A stretch of 64,000 bases of DNA, from positions 149,096 through 213,095 of the forward strand of contig CAYVXV010000001.1 in the NCBI GenBank assembly GCA_964455555.1, read 5' to 3'. The translations under genes and the position numbers were made by a program. The notes under the pieces are model-generated. The model was not told the DNA's origin and made no database searches. It saw only the letters and a program-made list of their open reading frames with translations. The DNA is from an uncultured Pseudomonadales bacterium (GTDB taxonomy: Bacteria > Patescibacteriota > Microgenomatia > UBA1400 > PJMF01). Positions 1-9,483 of the stretch are shown piece by piece. Position 1 is the first letter of the stretch, and each line of letters begins with the position of its first letter.

Positions 1-2
1 CT

Positions 3-833
3 CCGGAAAACGGGAGGTGGATTCAAGAAACCGACACCTTTGATACTTGGTTTTCTTCTGCCCAATGGCCTGTTGTAGTATTAAAAACCGGCAAACCAGG
101 AGACTTCGAGCGATTCTATCCCACCACCGTTATGGAAACGGGTTATGACATCCTAATGTTCTGGGTAATGAGGATGATGCTTATGGGTGCGTACCTTACC
201 GGCAAAACCCCATTTAAACAAGTTTACCTTCACGGCCTTATCCGCGACAGCAAAGGCCAAAAAATGAGCAAAAGCAAAGGAAACACGATTAATCCTTTTG
301 AAGTGGTTGAGAAGTTTGGTGCAGACGCCCTCAGAATGGCCTTAATAATCCGTTCTACGCCTGGTCAGGACAAAAGCGTCAGCGATCAAGATTTTAAAGC
401 AATGCGCAATTTAACCAACAAAGTATGGAACGCCAGCCGCTATATTATCCTTAAAAATAAAGTTGCTAAAACCCGTCACACTTCTGATACTGTTGGATAT
501 GTTGATAGTAATTTTGATAAAAAATTTCATATGGAACTCGAGGAGAAAGCGGCGTTAATTACCCAAAGCCTGGTACGCCTGAAAATCGGTCTAGCAGCCG
601 AACAAACTTACAACGAATTTTGGCATTGGTATTGCGACGAATGCATTGAAAAAAATAAGGCCGGACAACTGTCCGACGAAGCTCTTCTTGAGGGGCTAAC
701 AGTTTTCCTAAAATTACTCCATCCGTTTATTCCGTTTGTAACAGAAAAGGTATGGCAGGAACTTTTCCACGCAGGAGCTGTGAGTGAAAATCTTTTAGCC
801 ACTGCACCCTGGCCCTCCCCAACCCGCGGTTGA
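3..833 (+). CDS. valS: Valine--tRNA ligase, 3' part (gene starts before the window; lacks the C-terminal coiled coil)
   Basis: Frame open from base 3 (..QETDTFDTWFSSAQWP..), then ETGYDILMFWV, KMSKSKGN, FGADALR and the anticodon-binding motif LKLLHPFIPFVTE. Confidence 0.95.
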   Translation, partial: PENGRWIQETDTFDTWFSSAQWPVVVLKTGKPGDFERFYPTTVMETGYDILMFWVMRMMLMGAYLTGKTPFKQVYLHGLIRDSKGQKMSKSKGNTINPFEVVEKFGADALRMALIIRSTPGQDKSVSDQDFKAMRNLTNKVWNASRYIILKNKVAKTRHTSDTVGYVDSNFDKKFHMELEEKAALITQSLVRLKIGLAAEQTYNEFWHWYCDECIEKNKAGQLSDEALLEGLTVFLKLLHPFIPFVTEKVWQELFHAGAVSENLLATAPWPSPTRG

Positions 834-865
834 TTCAGCACATTCATACTATAATAATAGTATCT

Positions 866-1297
866 GTGAAAGAAAAACTCCGTTTTCGACTATTCCAGCT
901 AGAGCTGTTGCTAAACCTTCTCGGGCTGACCCTACTTAGAGCCCAGCATTCTTTTGATGCCCGCAAGTCTTTTCTGCCGACATGCTTGGTGTTTGCAGCA
1001 ACAGCCGGCATCTTTTTAAATCACCTTTACCCCCCTCAGTCCAATGTTATTCAAGAAATTATCGCTGCCCCTCCCCCACCCTACATAGATATGGTGGAAA
1101 AAGAAGTTGTTTCTGTTAGAGATGTTAAAGAACGCATTACCCGACTTGAGTCTGTGCTGCAAAAACAACCCACTCACTTCGACCTTCTTATCAATCTCTC
1201 ATTTCTTTACCAATCCATAAACGATGATGAAAAAGCTGCTGCTTACTGGCTAAGAGCAGAAGAACTCTACCCCAACCATCCTCTTTTTAAGGATTAG
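866..1297 (+). CDS. Hypothetical membrane-anchored protein with C-terminal TPR-like repeat
   Basis: Hydrophobic segment near the N-terminus; TPR-like PTHFDLLINLSFLY..AAAYWLRAEELYPN. GTG at 866 preferred over TTG at 830 because TATAAT lies at 850-855. Confidence 0.6.
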   Translation: MKEKLRFRLFQLELLLNLLGLTLLRAQHSFDARKSFLPTCLVFAATAGIFLNHLYPPQSNVIQEIIAAPPPPYIDMVEKEVVSVRDVKERITRLESVLQKQPTHFDLLINLSFLYQSINDDEKAAAYWLRAEELYPNHPLFKD

Positions 1298-1437
1298 CCG
1301 CCACACCAACCCCTGCTCCTTCCATGGTTAAACCAGTATTAAGTATGCACGCAGTCCATTTGAATTAAATAAAAACATTGCAAGAACTTGGATAAGTGAG
1401 TTGTGCTCTGCTTCTCTCAGATTAGTTTTAAACCAGC

Positions 1438-1467
1438 AAAAAAGCCCTCCGCTGAGCGGAGGGCTTT
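1438..1467 (-). terminator. Rho-independent terminator of rplY
   Basis: Perfect 12-bp stem AAAGCCCTCCGC-tga-GCGGAGGGCTTT; on the minus strand it ends in a T6 run, about 20 nt after the rplY stop. Confidence 0.85.
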
Positions 1468-1487
1468 AAGATCAAACTATTTTTTAA

Positions 1488-2183
1488 TTATTCTTCCTGG
1501 GAAGCATTAGTATCCTCAGTAGAGGATGGTCCCTCATCCTTTTCTGCTTTTTCGGTGGTTACCTCAACATCATCAACTGAAACCTCTTCTTCCGGCTCTT
1601 CCTCTTCTTTGACTTCCTGAAGAATCACCAGCGGAGACTCAAGGTCTAATTCTCCCTCAAGAACAATTTCGATTTTTGATTTATCATAACTAAGGTCGCC
1701 AATAGTGATGGAATCACCAAATTCTTTAAGGCCACTGATATCAACCTCAAAGTTGTCCGGTAAATCAGCTGGAAGGGCACTGACCTCAAGAGCGTCCCTA
1801 ACCATAAGCACGGTGGCGTCAGGCACTTCGTTTTCACCTACCAACTCAACAGGAACTTCAGCTGTAATCTTCTCGAGCAGGTTGACGCGGCGGAAAACCA
1901 CATGAGTGGCTGCATTGGAAACCGGATGATAATCGACTTGATCAATAAGGACCGGGATTTCTTTTTTTGATCCCTCAACTACAAGATAAACTAAGCCTGT
2001 ATCACCTTCGGATTCATAGAGTTTGGTGAAGCCGGCATAATCCACTGCAACAGTTTCAGAATCCAAGCCGAGGCCGTAAATATTGGCCGGCAAGCTGCCT
2101 TCCTGGCGCAGTTGTCCTACTTTTTTGCCAACTAGGTCCCGATGCTTAACATGGAAGATGGTTTTCTCATTGCTGGTGGTCAT
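1488..2183 (-). CDS. rplY: 50S ribosomal protein L25 (Ctc/TL5 type)
   Basis: GKKVGQLRQEGSLPANIYG, QVDYHPVS..HVVFRRV, EVPVELVGE, ALPADLPD; acidic tail. Confidence 0.95.
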   Translation of the reverse strand: MTTSNEKTIFHVKHRDLVGKKVGQLRQEGSLPANIYGLGLDSETVAVDYAGFTKLYESEGDTGLVYLVVEGSKKEIPVLIDQVDYHPVSNAATHVVFRRVNLLEKITAEVPVELVGENEVPDATVLMVRDALEVSALPADLPDNFEVDISGLKEFGDSITIGDLSYDKSKIEIVLEGELDLESPLVILQEVKEEEEPEEEVSVDDVEVTTEKAEKDEGPSSTEDTNASQEE

Positions 2184-2352
2184 AATATTTTTGCCTTATT
2201 TTGTATTTAGGATAACAACAGAGTAGTGATTATACCAGGTAATGAATAAATCTGCTAGCTGAGTGAAAAAGGGTTTTTCGAGGAGATTAGAGAAGGGGAC
2301 TTAACATTTTTTATGCGGGCGAGGGCGAGGATATGGCGTTTTTTCAAAAACC

Positions 2353-5300
2353 CTACTCAAACCTCACACCAACGAAGGAGTGTTTTTCATTTATTTTGTC
2401 AAATACAATAGTGTTGCCAACCACCTCCGCCTGAGGAGCAATTAAGACAGGGGAGTGTTTGCTATTATTGATAATAGTGATGGTTGAAGGCGTTTCATTG
2501 GTACCGGCCTGCTTCTGATTAAAGAAAGCGTACGAGAAAGTGCTGTCCGCTTCAAAGGGAGTAGTGTAGGACACCCTAACTTGCCTGGAGGTTTGAATCG
2601 GCACATCCACTAACACGCCGATGATCATTTTTTCATTCTCAACAGCCAGGGTTAACTGATCCTGGCCAACCACCTGATCATCAATTTTTATCTCAGAAAA
2701 CACTGAGTCTTGAGGTATGTAAAAGCGGATGTAAGTTTTATAGCTGCCCTTAGGCCAGGAGTTGGTTTGCGCGGTGTTTTCCAGCAAAACAGTCCGCTGG
2801 TGGTTGATACGGTCCGGGTTGATAGTGATCATTTGGTCAATAGAGCGCTTAATATAGTAATTGGCCTTATTTACGCCGACATTTGCCTCTACTTGGGCGG
2901 TGGAATCTACTACACAAGTACCATTGCTAAAAAGCGCCGGGCAGTTGGGTTTGATTAGTTCACCCGTCCATCCTAGTGAAGTTAAAGTGAGCTGAGGATC
3001 TGCATTGAATGCCGCAATTGCCATCTGCTGAGTAGAGATGCTTTTGGAAAATGCCCCAAGAAGAGAAGTTATTTTGTCCTCCTGAACGTTTTTTACTTTT
3101 TCGAAAATTTTAGATAAAACAACAGCAGAGTAGTCCTTCGATTCTGAGGTTTCCACCAAAACCACCTCTGAGTGAAATTCCATCCGCTCCTGCAGGTTTT
3201 TGTTCGTCAAAGTCTCGTTGTACTCTTCAAGGTCAACCGGTCCCAGCGCAGCAATAATTTCCTCTAGTGCATAAAGGTTTAAGCCAATTACACCATCAAG
3301 TTTAATGCCCAAGCTCTTATCCATAAACCAAGCCATCCGCTCTGCGGCAACAGGAAAGCTCGGGTCCCAATTGCTGTCGCGGAAATACCAATTTTGTTCT
3401 CCTAAAAACTGCCTGATTTCCTCCGGAGGACTAATTGCGCCGCCAAACCTGCGGTCAATTTCATAACTACTGTAAATCTGATGTGATGAGAGTGAGCCGT
3501 TTTCAAAGCTTAAAATTGCCACTGCTTGAATAAAACCGCCCGTTGGCCTCAACTCTTGATTGTTTTGAAGCACTAGGGCATAGGTGCGCCGGCCGCCTAT
3601 GCCCACAAGGTCATCAAGCACTGTTTCCAGTTGCTGCACTGATACTAGGCCGTCCCTGAGTTTTTTAATTTCCCCAGAATACTGATTAACCAAAGACTCT
3701 TCCTCGCCTAAATCCAAAACAGAATCAACCTGGTCTAAACCAGCCTGCAACAACGAAAGGTTTTCATAGGCTCTTTGGGCTTCAGTATTAAGATTTTGGG
3801 CTAGTACACTAACATCACCATCCTCTCTGCCCAACACTGCTAAAACCAGTTTTTCAGTGCTGCTGCGCGCCGCGTCAACAGAAACAACAGCCTCCCTCAT
3901 CTGCGAGCTAAGCTCCACCAGGAGTGAGGCTTGAGAAAACATTGCGCTGTCGATTAAGCTGGTGTAAGCATTAGTCTGAAACTCCAAGAAGCTATTTCTT
4001 TTCCTCAGGGTTTCCCAGTGCTGGTCGCCCTCAATCTCCGAAACAGACGTTGTTTGAGCATTGACGATGACTCCGACCAGGGCTTTTTTCACGCCATATT
4101 GAGACAAAACAAATACTCCGGCTAAAACCACTATAGAGGCGGCCGCAAAAATACTAACTAACCCCGCCCAGAACATGGTTGTTTTCCGTTTTGATTTCTT
4201 AAAAAACTTCTTTTCCGTTTTGACCAATTTTTTAATATGTTCAACTTTTTGTTCAGTCCTTGTAGCCGTGAAAATTTTTGACAATTCTTCATTTACATCC
4301 AGCGATTTACTGTGGTTTTTTACGGATGCTTCCTGAGTTTTTTTCGGTGGAAAATCGGGCTGCTTGGAGGAGAAGGCAGTGGTTTTTGAGGCCGGCGCTT
4401 CTTGAGTTTTTTGCGGTGTAGGAGAATTAGCAACACTGTTTTCAACCTGGTTGTCTGTGGTTTTTTCAGGCACAACACCACTGCCCACATCTGAAGAAAC
4501 CTTGGCGTCTGGCTCAATTGCTAGTAGTGGGGCTGCAGAAGATAAGGATTCTCGGGTGGGCAATTTCGCAGAAAAAATACTTTTCAACTGTTTTTTTTGA
4601 TTCCCTTGATTTTTATCCGGCTTCTCCAGTTCCTCCTCAAGAGGGGAGGATGCTGCAGAAAATTCGGACACCTTTGGTCGCGGCAGGTTTTGGGCTATAA
4701 CACTAAGTTTTTCCCAACTAATTCCGGTAGAAATTTTTTCAGATACCACAAACGGAACGGGAGGCGACTGCACCTGAGGATAGGGGGATATTTTTAAATT
4801 AAATTGATGATAATGGCCATACTTTTCTTTTATAAAATCTAAAACCCCCGTACTTGGTGATCCGTCAGCCCTGATAAGAACGCTGCCGGAAGATTGGGTT
4901 CTAATCAAATACTCCTTGGCTGCCTTTAGGGCAGAATTAGTATCCTGCAGATACCAGGTTGTCTTCGGATCAACCAAAATCCCTTGCTCAATTAATTTAG
5001 CCGCAAAAAACAGCGGCGAGCTTTCCGGAAGCGGGCTTTCTGTTAAATCGATCAGAAATACAAAGTTGCACCTTGGGAGATGATGACTGCTGTCTAAAAC
5101 GACCTCTTGTTCTATGCGTGCTCTTTTATACCATTGTTGAACTACTTCATGAGTGTTGGTTGAGGCTGAAATCGGGCTTATTAGAGGCATTACCAGAGTA
5201 ACTGGTATAGATACTGATTTTAAATAATTTTTAACTGCCTCATAACCTGTATTTCCAACTCTTCCCGACACCACCCAAATCATTTTATGGGCAGCGGCAG

Positions 5301-5469
5301 CCTGTTGAGGAATAAACCCTCCCAATATATCTTCCGGCTTAACCAACAGCACCCTCAAGCCGCCTGTTTCCAGCAAACCAACTACTTCATCTAGCAGGGG
5401 TGAGGAATCGCCAAGCACAGCAACCACGGGTTGCTCAGCCACAAATTCAGTAGTAAACCGCTGTGACAT
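2353..5469 (-). CDS. DUF4012-domain membrane-anchored protein
   Basis: Single TM at about aa 432-455, then LQNNQELRPTGGFI, FRDSNWDPSFP, DGVIGLN and ANVGVNKANYY motifs typical of DUF4012 proteins. Confidence 0.85.
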   Translation of the reverse strand: MSQRFTTEFVAEQPVVAVLGDSSPLLDEVVGLLETGGLRVLLVKPEDILGGFIPQQAAAAHKMIWVVSGRVGNTGYEAVKNYLKSVSIPVTLVMPLISPISASTNTHEVVQQWYKRARIEQEVVLDSSHHLPRCNFVFLIDLTESPLPESSPLFFAAKLIEQGILVDPKTTWYLQDTNSALKAAKEYLIRTQSSGSVLIRADGSPSTGVLDFIKEKYGHYHQFNLKISPYPQVQSPPVPFVVSEKISTGISWEKLSVIAQNLPRPKVSEFSAASSPLEEELEKPDKNQGNQKKQLKSIFSAKLPTRESLSSAAPLLAIEPDAKVSSDVGSGVVPEKTTDNQVENSVANSPTPQKTQEAPASKTTAFSSKQPDFPPKKTQEASVKNHSKSLDVNEELSKIFTATRTEQKVEHIKKLVKTEKKFFKKSKRKTTMFWAGLVSIFAAASIVVLAGVFVLSQYGVKKALVGVIVNAQTTSVSEIEGDQHWETLRKRNSFLEFQTNAYTSLIDSAMFSQASLLVELSSQMREAVVSVDAARSSTEKLVLAVLGREDGDVSVLAQNLNTEAQRAYENLSLLQAGLDQVDSVLDLGEEESLVNQYSGEIKKLRDGLVSVQQLETVLDDLVGIGGRRTYALVLQNNQELRPTGGFIQAVAILSFENGSLSSHQIYSSYEIDRRFGGAISPPEEIRQFLGEQNWYFRDSNWDPSFPVAAERMAWFMDKSLGIKLDGVIGLNLYALEEIIAALGPVDLEEYNETLTNKNLQERMEFHSEVVLVETSESKDYSAVVLSKIFEKVKNVQEDKITSLLGAFSKSISTQQMAIAAFNADPQLTLTSLGWTGELIKPNCPALFSNGTCVVDSTAQVEANVGVNKANYYIKRSIDQMITINPDRINHQRTVLLENTAQTNSWPKGSYKTYIRFYIPQDSVFSEIKIDDQVVGQDQLTLAVENEKMIIGVLVDVPIQTSRQVRVSYTTPFEADSTFSYAFFNQKQAGTNETPSTITIINNSKHSPVLIAPQAEVVGNTIVFDKINEKHSFVGVRFE

Positions 5470-5565
5470 AGGCAGGCAAAAAAGTGTACTAGTACTTAAG
5501 CCATTGTAGAAAAATTTGAAGGTCTGGGGAAGTGGGGGAACAAGCCTGTCTGATAAAAATAGTTA

Positions 5566-5988
5566 TTAAAGTTCGTAAGCGTCGATGGCTTGGTTAACCA
5601 AGGCGTCTGCCTCAGCATTGTCGCTCCGGCCAATATGGATAACCGTCACATTGGGGAAGGGGAGTACGGTCATTAAGCCCCATGCCTCTACGGCCAACTG
5701 CTTAAGCCTGGGTTCTTTAATTTTCCAGCGCTTATTAACCTGTTCAACCACAAGTTTTGAGTCAAGTTTGCAGGAAACGGAAAAGCCGCTATATTCCCTA
5801 CCATTTTCATTCAGCCATTTCAGGGCTGCAATAAAAGCTTTGTACTCTGCCTCGTTGTTGGTAGCAACTCCAATAAACTCCGAGTGCTCATAAATAACTT
5901 GACCGGCCTCATCATAAATAATCACCCCAATACCCGCGTTGCCAGGATTGCCCCGGGCTCCACCGTCTGTAAATACATTGAGCTGCAT
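5566..5988 (-). CDS. rnhA: Ribonuclease HI (archaeal/actinobacterial-like type)
   Basis: TDGGARGNPG, TNNEAEY, DSKLVVEQ, N-x-EADALVN catalytic motifs. Confidence 0.92.
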   Translation of the reverse strand: MQLNVFTDGGARGNPGNAGIGVIIYDEAGQVIYEHSEFIGVATNNEAEYKAFIAALKWLNENGREYSGFSVSCKLDSKLVVEQVNKRWKIKEPRLKQLAVEAWGLMTVLPFPNVTVIHIGRSDNAEADALVNQAIDAYEL

Positions 5989-5990
5989 AA

Positions 5991-6449
5991 TTAATCTTCT
6001 TTTTTGCGCTGAATTGTCAGTTTTCTATCTCTACCATCACCGTTTGAAACACTTTCAAGGTCTGGAAACTCATCAGAAACAGTGGTGTGGACTACAAACC
6101 GCTCGTGAGAGGGGATGTGATAGGTGAAAGTATAAGGAGAGTTAGTTTCCTGAACCCGTTTAGCGGCGTTACGAGCCATTTCTTTAACTTTTTCTTCTCT
6201 TTGCTGGCGGTATTCGTTAATATTTAGATTGATCCGTTTGTCTGTTTCTCGCTGAAATACAATTCTCAATATTCGTTGGATTGAATCCAGGGTTTCACCG
6301 TGATAACCAATGAACAAGCCTGAGTCGGCTTCAGGAAGATTCATTTGGACGTTTATCGCTTCATCATCTTCGTCGACGATGACTTCAACAGCTGAAGTGG
6401 CGATGCCGCAGTGTTCTGCAAGTTGGGTTAAAAAGGTATCGATAGTCAT
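5991..6449 (-). CDS. jag: Jag/KhpB RNA-binding protein (KH + R3H)
   Basis: GLFIGYHGETLDSIQ (KH), ERFVVH (R3H), SVSNGDGRDR; directly follows yidC. Confidence 0.9.
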   Translation of the reverse strand: MTIDTFLTQLAEHCGIATSAVEVIVDEDDEAINVQMNLPEADSGLFIGYHGETLDSIQRILRIVFQRETDKRINLNINEYRQQREEKVKEMARNAAKRVQETNSPYTFTYHIPSHERFVVHTTVSDEFPDLESVSNGDGRDRKLTIQRKKED

Positions 6450-6465
6450 AAAAACCTTAAAAGTA

Positions 6466-7260
6466 TTATTTATTCGCTTGTAAAAATCCTAGGGCTCGCT
6501 GCAGGTAAATAGTCAGCCCGCCCCAGCCGGAAACAAAGTATTGTTGAACAACACTAAACACAGTAGTTACTATCCAGTAGAGTGCTAGCCCGGCAGGGAA
6601 GGTATAGGCGAAAAATCCAGTGAACACCGGCATGATATAAATCATTTGCTGCTGCATGGACTGAGCCATTTCAGCAAAGTTTTCTTCTTTCTTATTTGCT
6701 TCCTGAACCGCTTTTTTCTTTGATTTATTCGGTACGATGTCTGGAGTTTCTGCTCCAGGAGCAATCATGACTGAAAGAACCAGCTGCGACAAAGCAGCAA
6801 TAACTGGAAGAACTAGGGTAGATCTACTTTCAACAAGATTGATTCCTAAAAATCTGGTGGTTATCATCTCGCCATTAACCATGATTGTGTCCAAAATTTC
6901 GCCATTATTTCCAAGCTGAGGCTCAAGGAAGCCGATTAAAACCCTATAGAGCAGAATTAGGACAACCAACTGCACTATTTGTGGTAGGCAGCCTGCCAGA
7001 GGATTTACGTTGTATTTTTTATAAAGGTCCATCTGCGCAGCCTGCAAGCCTTTTTTGTCGTCTTTAAACTGCTTTTTAAGTTTATTTAACTCTGGTTGAA
7101 TGGCTTTCATCTGCTTAGCAGCCTTGAGGGAAGGGATAGTAATCGGTAGCAATATCGTCCTGGTAAGAATTGTAAAGGCAATAATAGCTAAACCCAGGTT
7201 TCCTGTTAGGCCATTAAGAAATACTAAAATTTGCAATAAAAATTCTGAAAAAATGCTCAT
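6466..7260 (-). CDS. yidC: Membrane protein insertase YidC (short form)
   Basis: GLAIIAFTILTR, MDLYKKYNVNPLAGCLP, PAGLALYW..SVVQQ; SD AAGGAG upstream. Confidence 0.95.
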   Translation of the reverse strand: MSIFSEFLLQILVFLNGLTGNLGLAIIAFTILTRTILLPITIPSLKAAKQMKAIQPELNKLKKQFKDDKKGLQAAQMDLYKKYNVNPLAGCLPQIVQLVVLILLYRVLIGFLEPQLGNNGEILDTIMVNGEMITTRFLGINLVESRSTLVLPVIAALSQLVLSVMIAPGAETPDIVPNKSKKKAVQEANKKEENFAEMAQSMQQQMIYIMPVFTGFFAYTFPAGLALYWIVTTVFSVVQQYFVSGWGGLTIYLQRALGFLQANK

Positions 7261-7346
7261 AACTCCTTCTGTATTAATTCGGTCGGAACGACTAATTGTA
7301 CCATTTTTTATTATTATTAATTATCTGGTTTAATCCCTGTTGTTCA

Positions 7347-7553
7347 CTACCAGCAGGTTAATACTCGTATAATCCCCTTAATGCCGCCCACCAACAACCC
7401 TTCTTTCTCGATTTTTTTAAATGCATATGTACCGCATGTTGGATTGTGCTTGCAGTGACTTATATAACCGAAGGCGCTGTATAGAATCTGGTACCTAAAT
7501 GCCCTAAACACTTGATAAGACTTAAACAAAAATCTAAATATTAATTTATTCAT
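7347..7553 (-). CDS. yidD: Membrane protein insertion efficiency factor YidD
   Basis: CKHNPTCGTYA..G..KGIIRVLTC; lies between rnpA and yidC. Confidence 0.85.
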   Translation of the reverse strand: MNKLIFRFLFKSYQVFRAFRYQILYSAFGYISHCKHNPTCGTYAFKKIEKEGLLVGGIKGIIRVLTCW

Positions 7554-7899
7554 GAGCCTTCAACCGGCTACCAATTTTTAAAAAGGCTTTCTCCATGGCC
7601 TCTGAGATTTCTTGGTGAGAGGAGGAGGAAACCGGATGTTTTGCCACCACAACAATATCCGCAGGCACTCCAGCCACACTTTGAATACTATCAGAAATAG
7701 ACCTACTTATCAATCTTTTTATTCTTATTCTCTCGGCGGCTTTCGCGGCAATTTTCTTAGAAACAACAACTGAGAAGGCTGGGCTACCGTCATCTCTCTT
7801 TACAATGAATAAATTAAATAAGGGATACCTTAAGATCTCCGCCTGCTTAAAAAAATCAGGCTTACTCCTAAGCTGAAGTCTAAATTGTTTTGGCAACAT
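7546..7899 (-). CDS. rnpA: Ribonuclease P protein component
   Basis: MLPKQFRL, FSVVVSKKIAAKAAERIRIKR (RNR-like motif), DIVVVAK; synteny. Confidence 0.9.
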   Translation of the reverse strand: MLPKQFRLQLRSKPDFFKQAEILRYPLFNLFIVKRDDGSPAFSVVVSKKIAAKAAERIRIKRLISRSISDSIQSVAGVPADIVVVAKHPVSSSSHQEISEAMEKAFLKIGSRLKAHE

Positions 7900-7915
7900 T
7901 AAAATTAGCGTACCA

Positions 7916-8056
7916 CTATTTGGCGTTGTCAGTTAAGCGCTTACGCCCTTTTGCCCTGCGGGATTTTAAAACACCTAAATGCTTTTTGGCTCTGTGCAAA
8001 AAACCGTGCTTGCGGGCGCGCTTCTTTTGTTTGGGGTTCCAGGTTCTCTTGGTCAT
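7916..8056 (-). CDS. rpmH: 50S ribosomal protein L34 (46 aa; not in the ORF track)
   Basis: Manual translation: MTKRTWNPKQKKRARKHGFLHRAKKHLGVLKSRRAKGRKRLTDNAK*; lies upstream of rnpA. Confidence 0.95.
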   Translation of the reverse strand: MTKRTWNPKQKKRARKHGFLHRAKKHLGVLKSRRAKGRKRLTDNAK

Positions 8057-8092
8057 AAGTTTGACATTATATCACAAGGCTAAAACAGGTAA

Positions 8093-9202
8093 TTATTGAT
8101 TAACTTTAAAAGGCATAATTATGTATTGGTAGGATTGCATCTCTTCTGTTTCAAACGTTGCCGGCTTCAAACTGTCAGACATGCTGAAAGAAATTGTCTG
8201 GCCGGTTGCAGCCTGCAGAAAATCAAGAAGATAGCGGGCATTAAATGCAATATTGCTTTCTTCACCCTCAACAGCAGCCTGCTGAAGATCTCCTGAGAAA
8301 GTTCCCAGGGAAGGGGATGAAGATTTTAATACTGCCTTGCCGCCTTCAAAATGAAATCTGACAATATTCGAGGCGTCCCGAGAAAATATAATCGCTCTTT
8401 TGATGTTGTTTGCCAATTCTTCAGTGTCAAAAGTCACTTTGGTAGTAAAACTGTTGGGTACGATTTTCTCATAAGGAGGATAACTACCTTCAATCAACCG
8501 CACAAAAACTTGGGCGTCGTTCACTGCAAAAAAGACTTGTTTAAGCTCCTCAGAGACCGTAAAACGGACTTGGCCAGTGTCGGATTGACTGAGTATCCGG
8601 AATACCTCGCTAAGAGCCCTTGCCGGCACTAACATTTCTTTTTCAACGGATGCAGGCTCTTCGCTCAGCTGCATTAGCGCCAATCTAAATCCATCTGTAC
8701 TCACAACCTTAAGGCCGCCTTCTGAGAAAGAGAAGAGAACTGATGTTAATACCGGCCTAGCCTGATCGGTTGAGGCTCCAAATACTATATAGCGCTCAAT
8801 TTTCTCCAGGTATTCTTTGGAAAGTTCATACTGTTCACCTTGAACCTCTGGAAAAGGAGGGTACTCATTACTATCTAGGCATTGAAGGGAAGCCTTAGAA
8901 TTTTTTGATTTAATGGTTAGAGTTCCATTTTTATAAACTAAGTCTAGTGCTCCGGGAGGAAGTGAAGCGATGATTTCTCTAAATTGCTTTCCTGGAATTA
9001 CAATTTCTCCTTCATCAATTATTTCAGCTTGAACACTTGATCTCACTCCAAAGTACAGGTCTGTGGCAGCTATAGTGCACTCATTGCCTTTGGCTGAGAG
9101 CAGTACTGAGGATAGGATTGGCAAGGTAGGTTTTGAAGGAATCGCTTTTTGGATGTAATTCAGTGACTGATGAAGGTTTTCTTGTAGGACTTTGAGTTTC
9201 AT
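8093..9202 (-). CDS. dnaN: DNA polymerase III beta sliding clamp
   Basis: MKLKVLQENL, PILSSVLL, ATDL, VSTDGFRLA, RLIEGSYPPYEKIVP, IAFNARYLLD, YIIMP. Confidence 0.97.
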   Translation of the reverse strand: MKLKVLQENLHQSLNYIQKAIPSKPTLPILSSVLLSAKGNECTIAATDLYFGVRSSVQAEIIDEGEIVIPGKQFREIIASLPPGALDLVYKNGTLTIKSKNSKASLQCLDSNEYPPFPEVQGEQYELSKEYLEKIERYIVFGASTDQARPVLTSVLFSFSEGGLKVVSTDGFRLALMQLSEEPASVEKEMLVPARALSEVFRILSQSDTGQVRFTVSEELKQVFFAVNDAQVFVRLIEGSYPPYEKIVPNSFTTKVTFDTEELANNIKRAIIFSRDASNIVRFHFEGGKAVLKSSSPSLGTFSGDLQQAAVEGEESNIAFNARYLLDFLQAATGQTISFSMSDSLKPATFETEEMQSYQYIIMPFKVNQ

Positions 9203-9483
9203 AAACTGTTTCTATTATTAAGAAAAATAGTATTAATTAATAGTTGCATTAGTAGTAGAGCAAAAAATAATCGTGGATTTCCTTAGTATTTCCGCCTGGT
9301 GTTTTAGTGTGGATCGAATGTTGATATTCCCCGCTATCTTTTGTTAATAACATTTGGGGATTGGTGTGGGGCAGGTGTTTGCAACCTTTTTCGTTTCCCC
9401 ATCCGGCAAGAATATTCAACATCTATTAACACCACAATCCTCATTTTTTCAACAGCTTTATCCACAACTGTGGATAAAAACCA
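9203..9483. other. oriC, dnaA-dnaN intergenic part (DnaA boxes, DnaA-trios, AT-rich unwinding element)
   Basis: Perfect inverted DnaA-box pair TTATCCACA (9458-9466) / TGTGGATAA (9469-9477); several degenerate boxes (e.g. TTTTCAACA 9446-9454); TAGTAGTAG at 9250-9258; AT-rich 9203-9250. Confidence 0.88.

Noticed and set aside
1298-1437. Possible ncRNA/tRNA in the intergenic gap
   Set aside because: No cloverleaf, T-loop or recognisable structured RNA motif by eye; an Infernal/Rfam search would be needed.
7890-8099. 69-aa plus-strand ORF from the track
   Set aside because: Antisense to the real rpmH gene (7916-8056).
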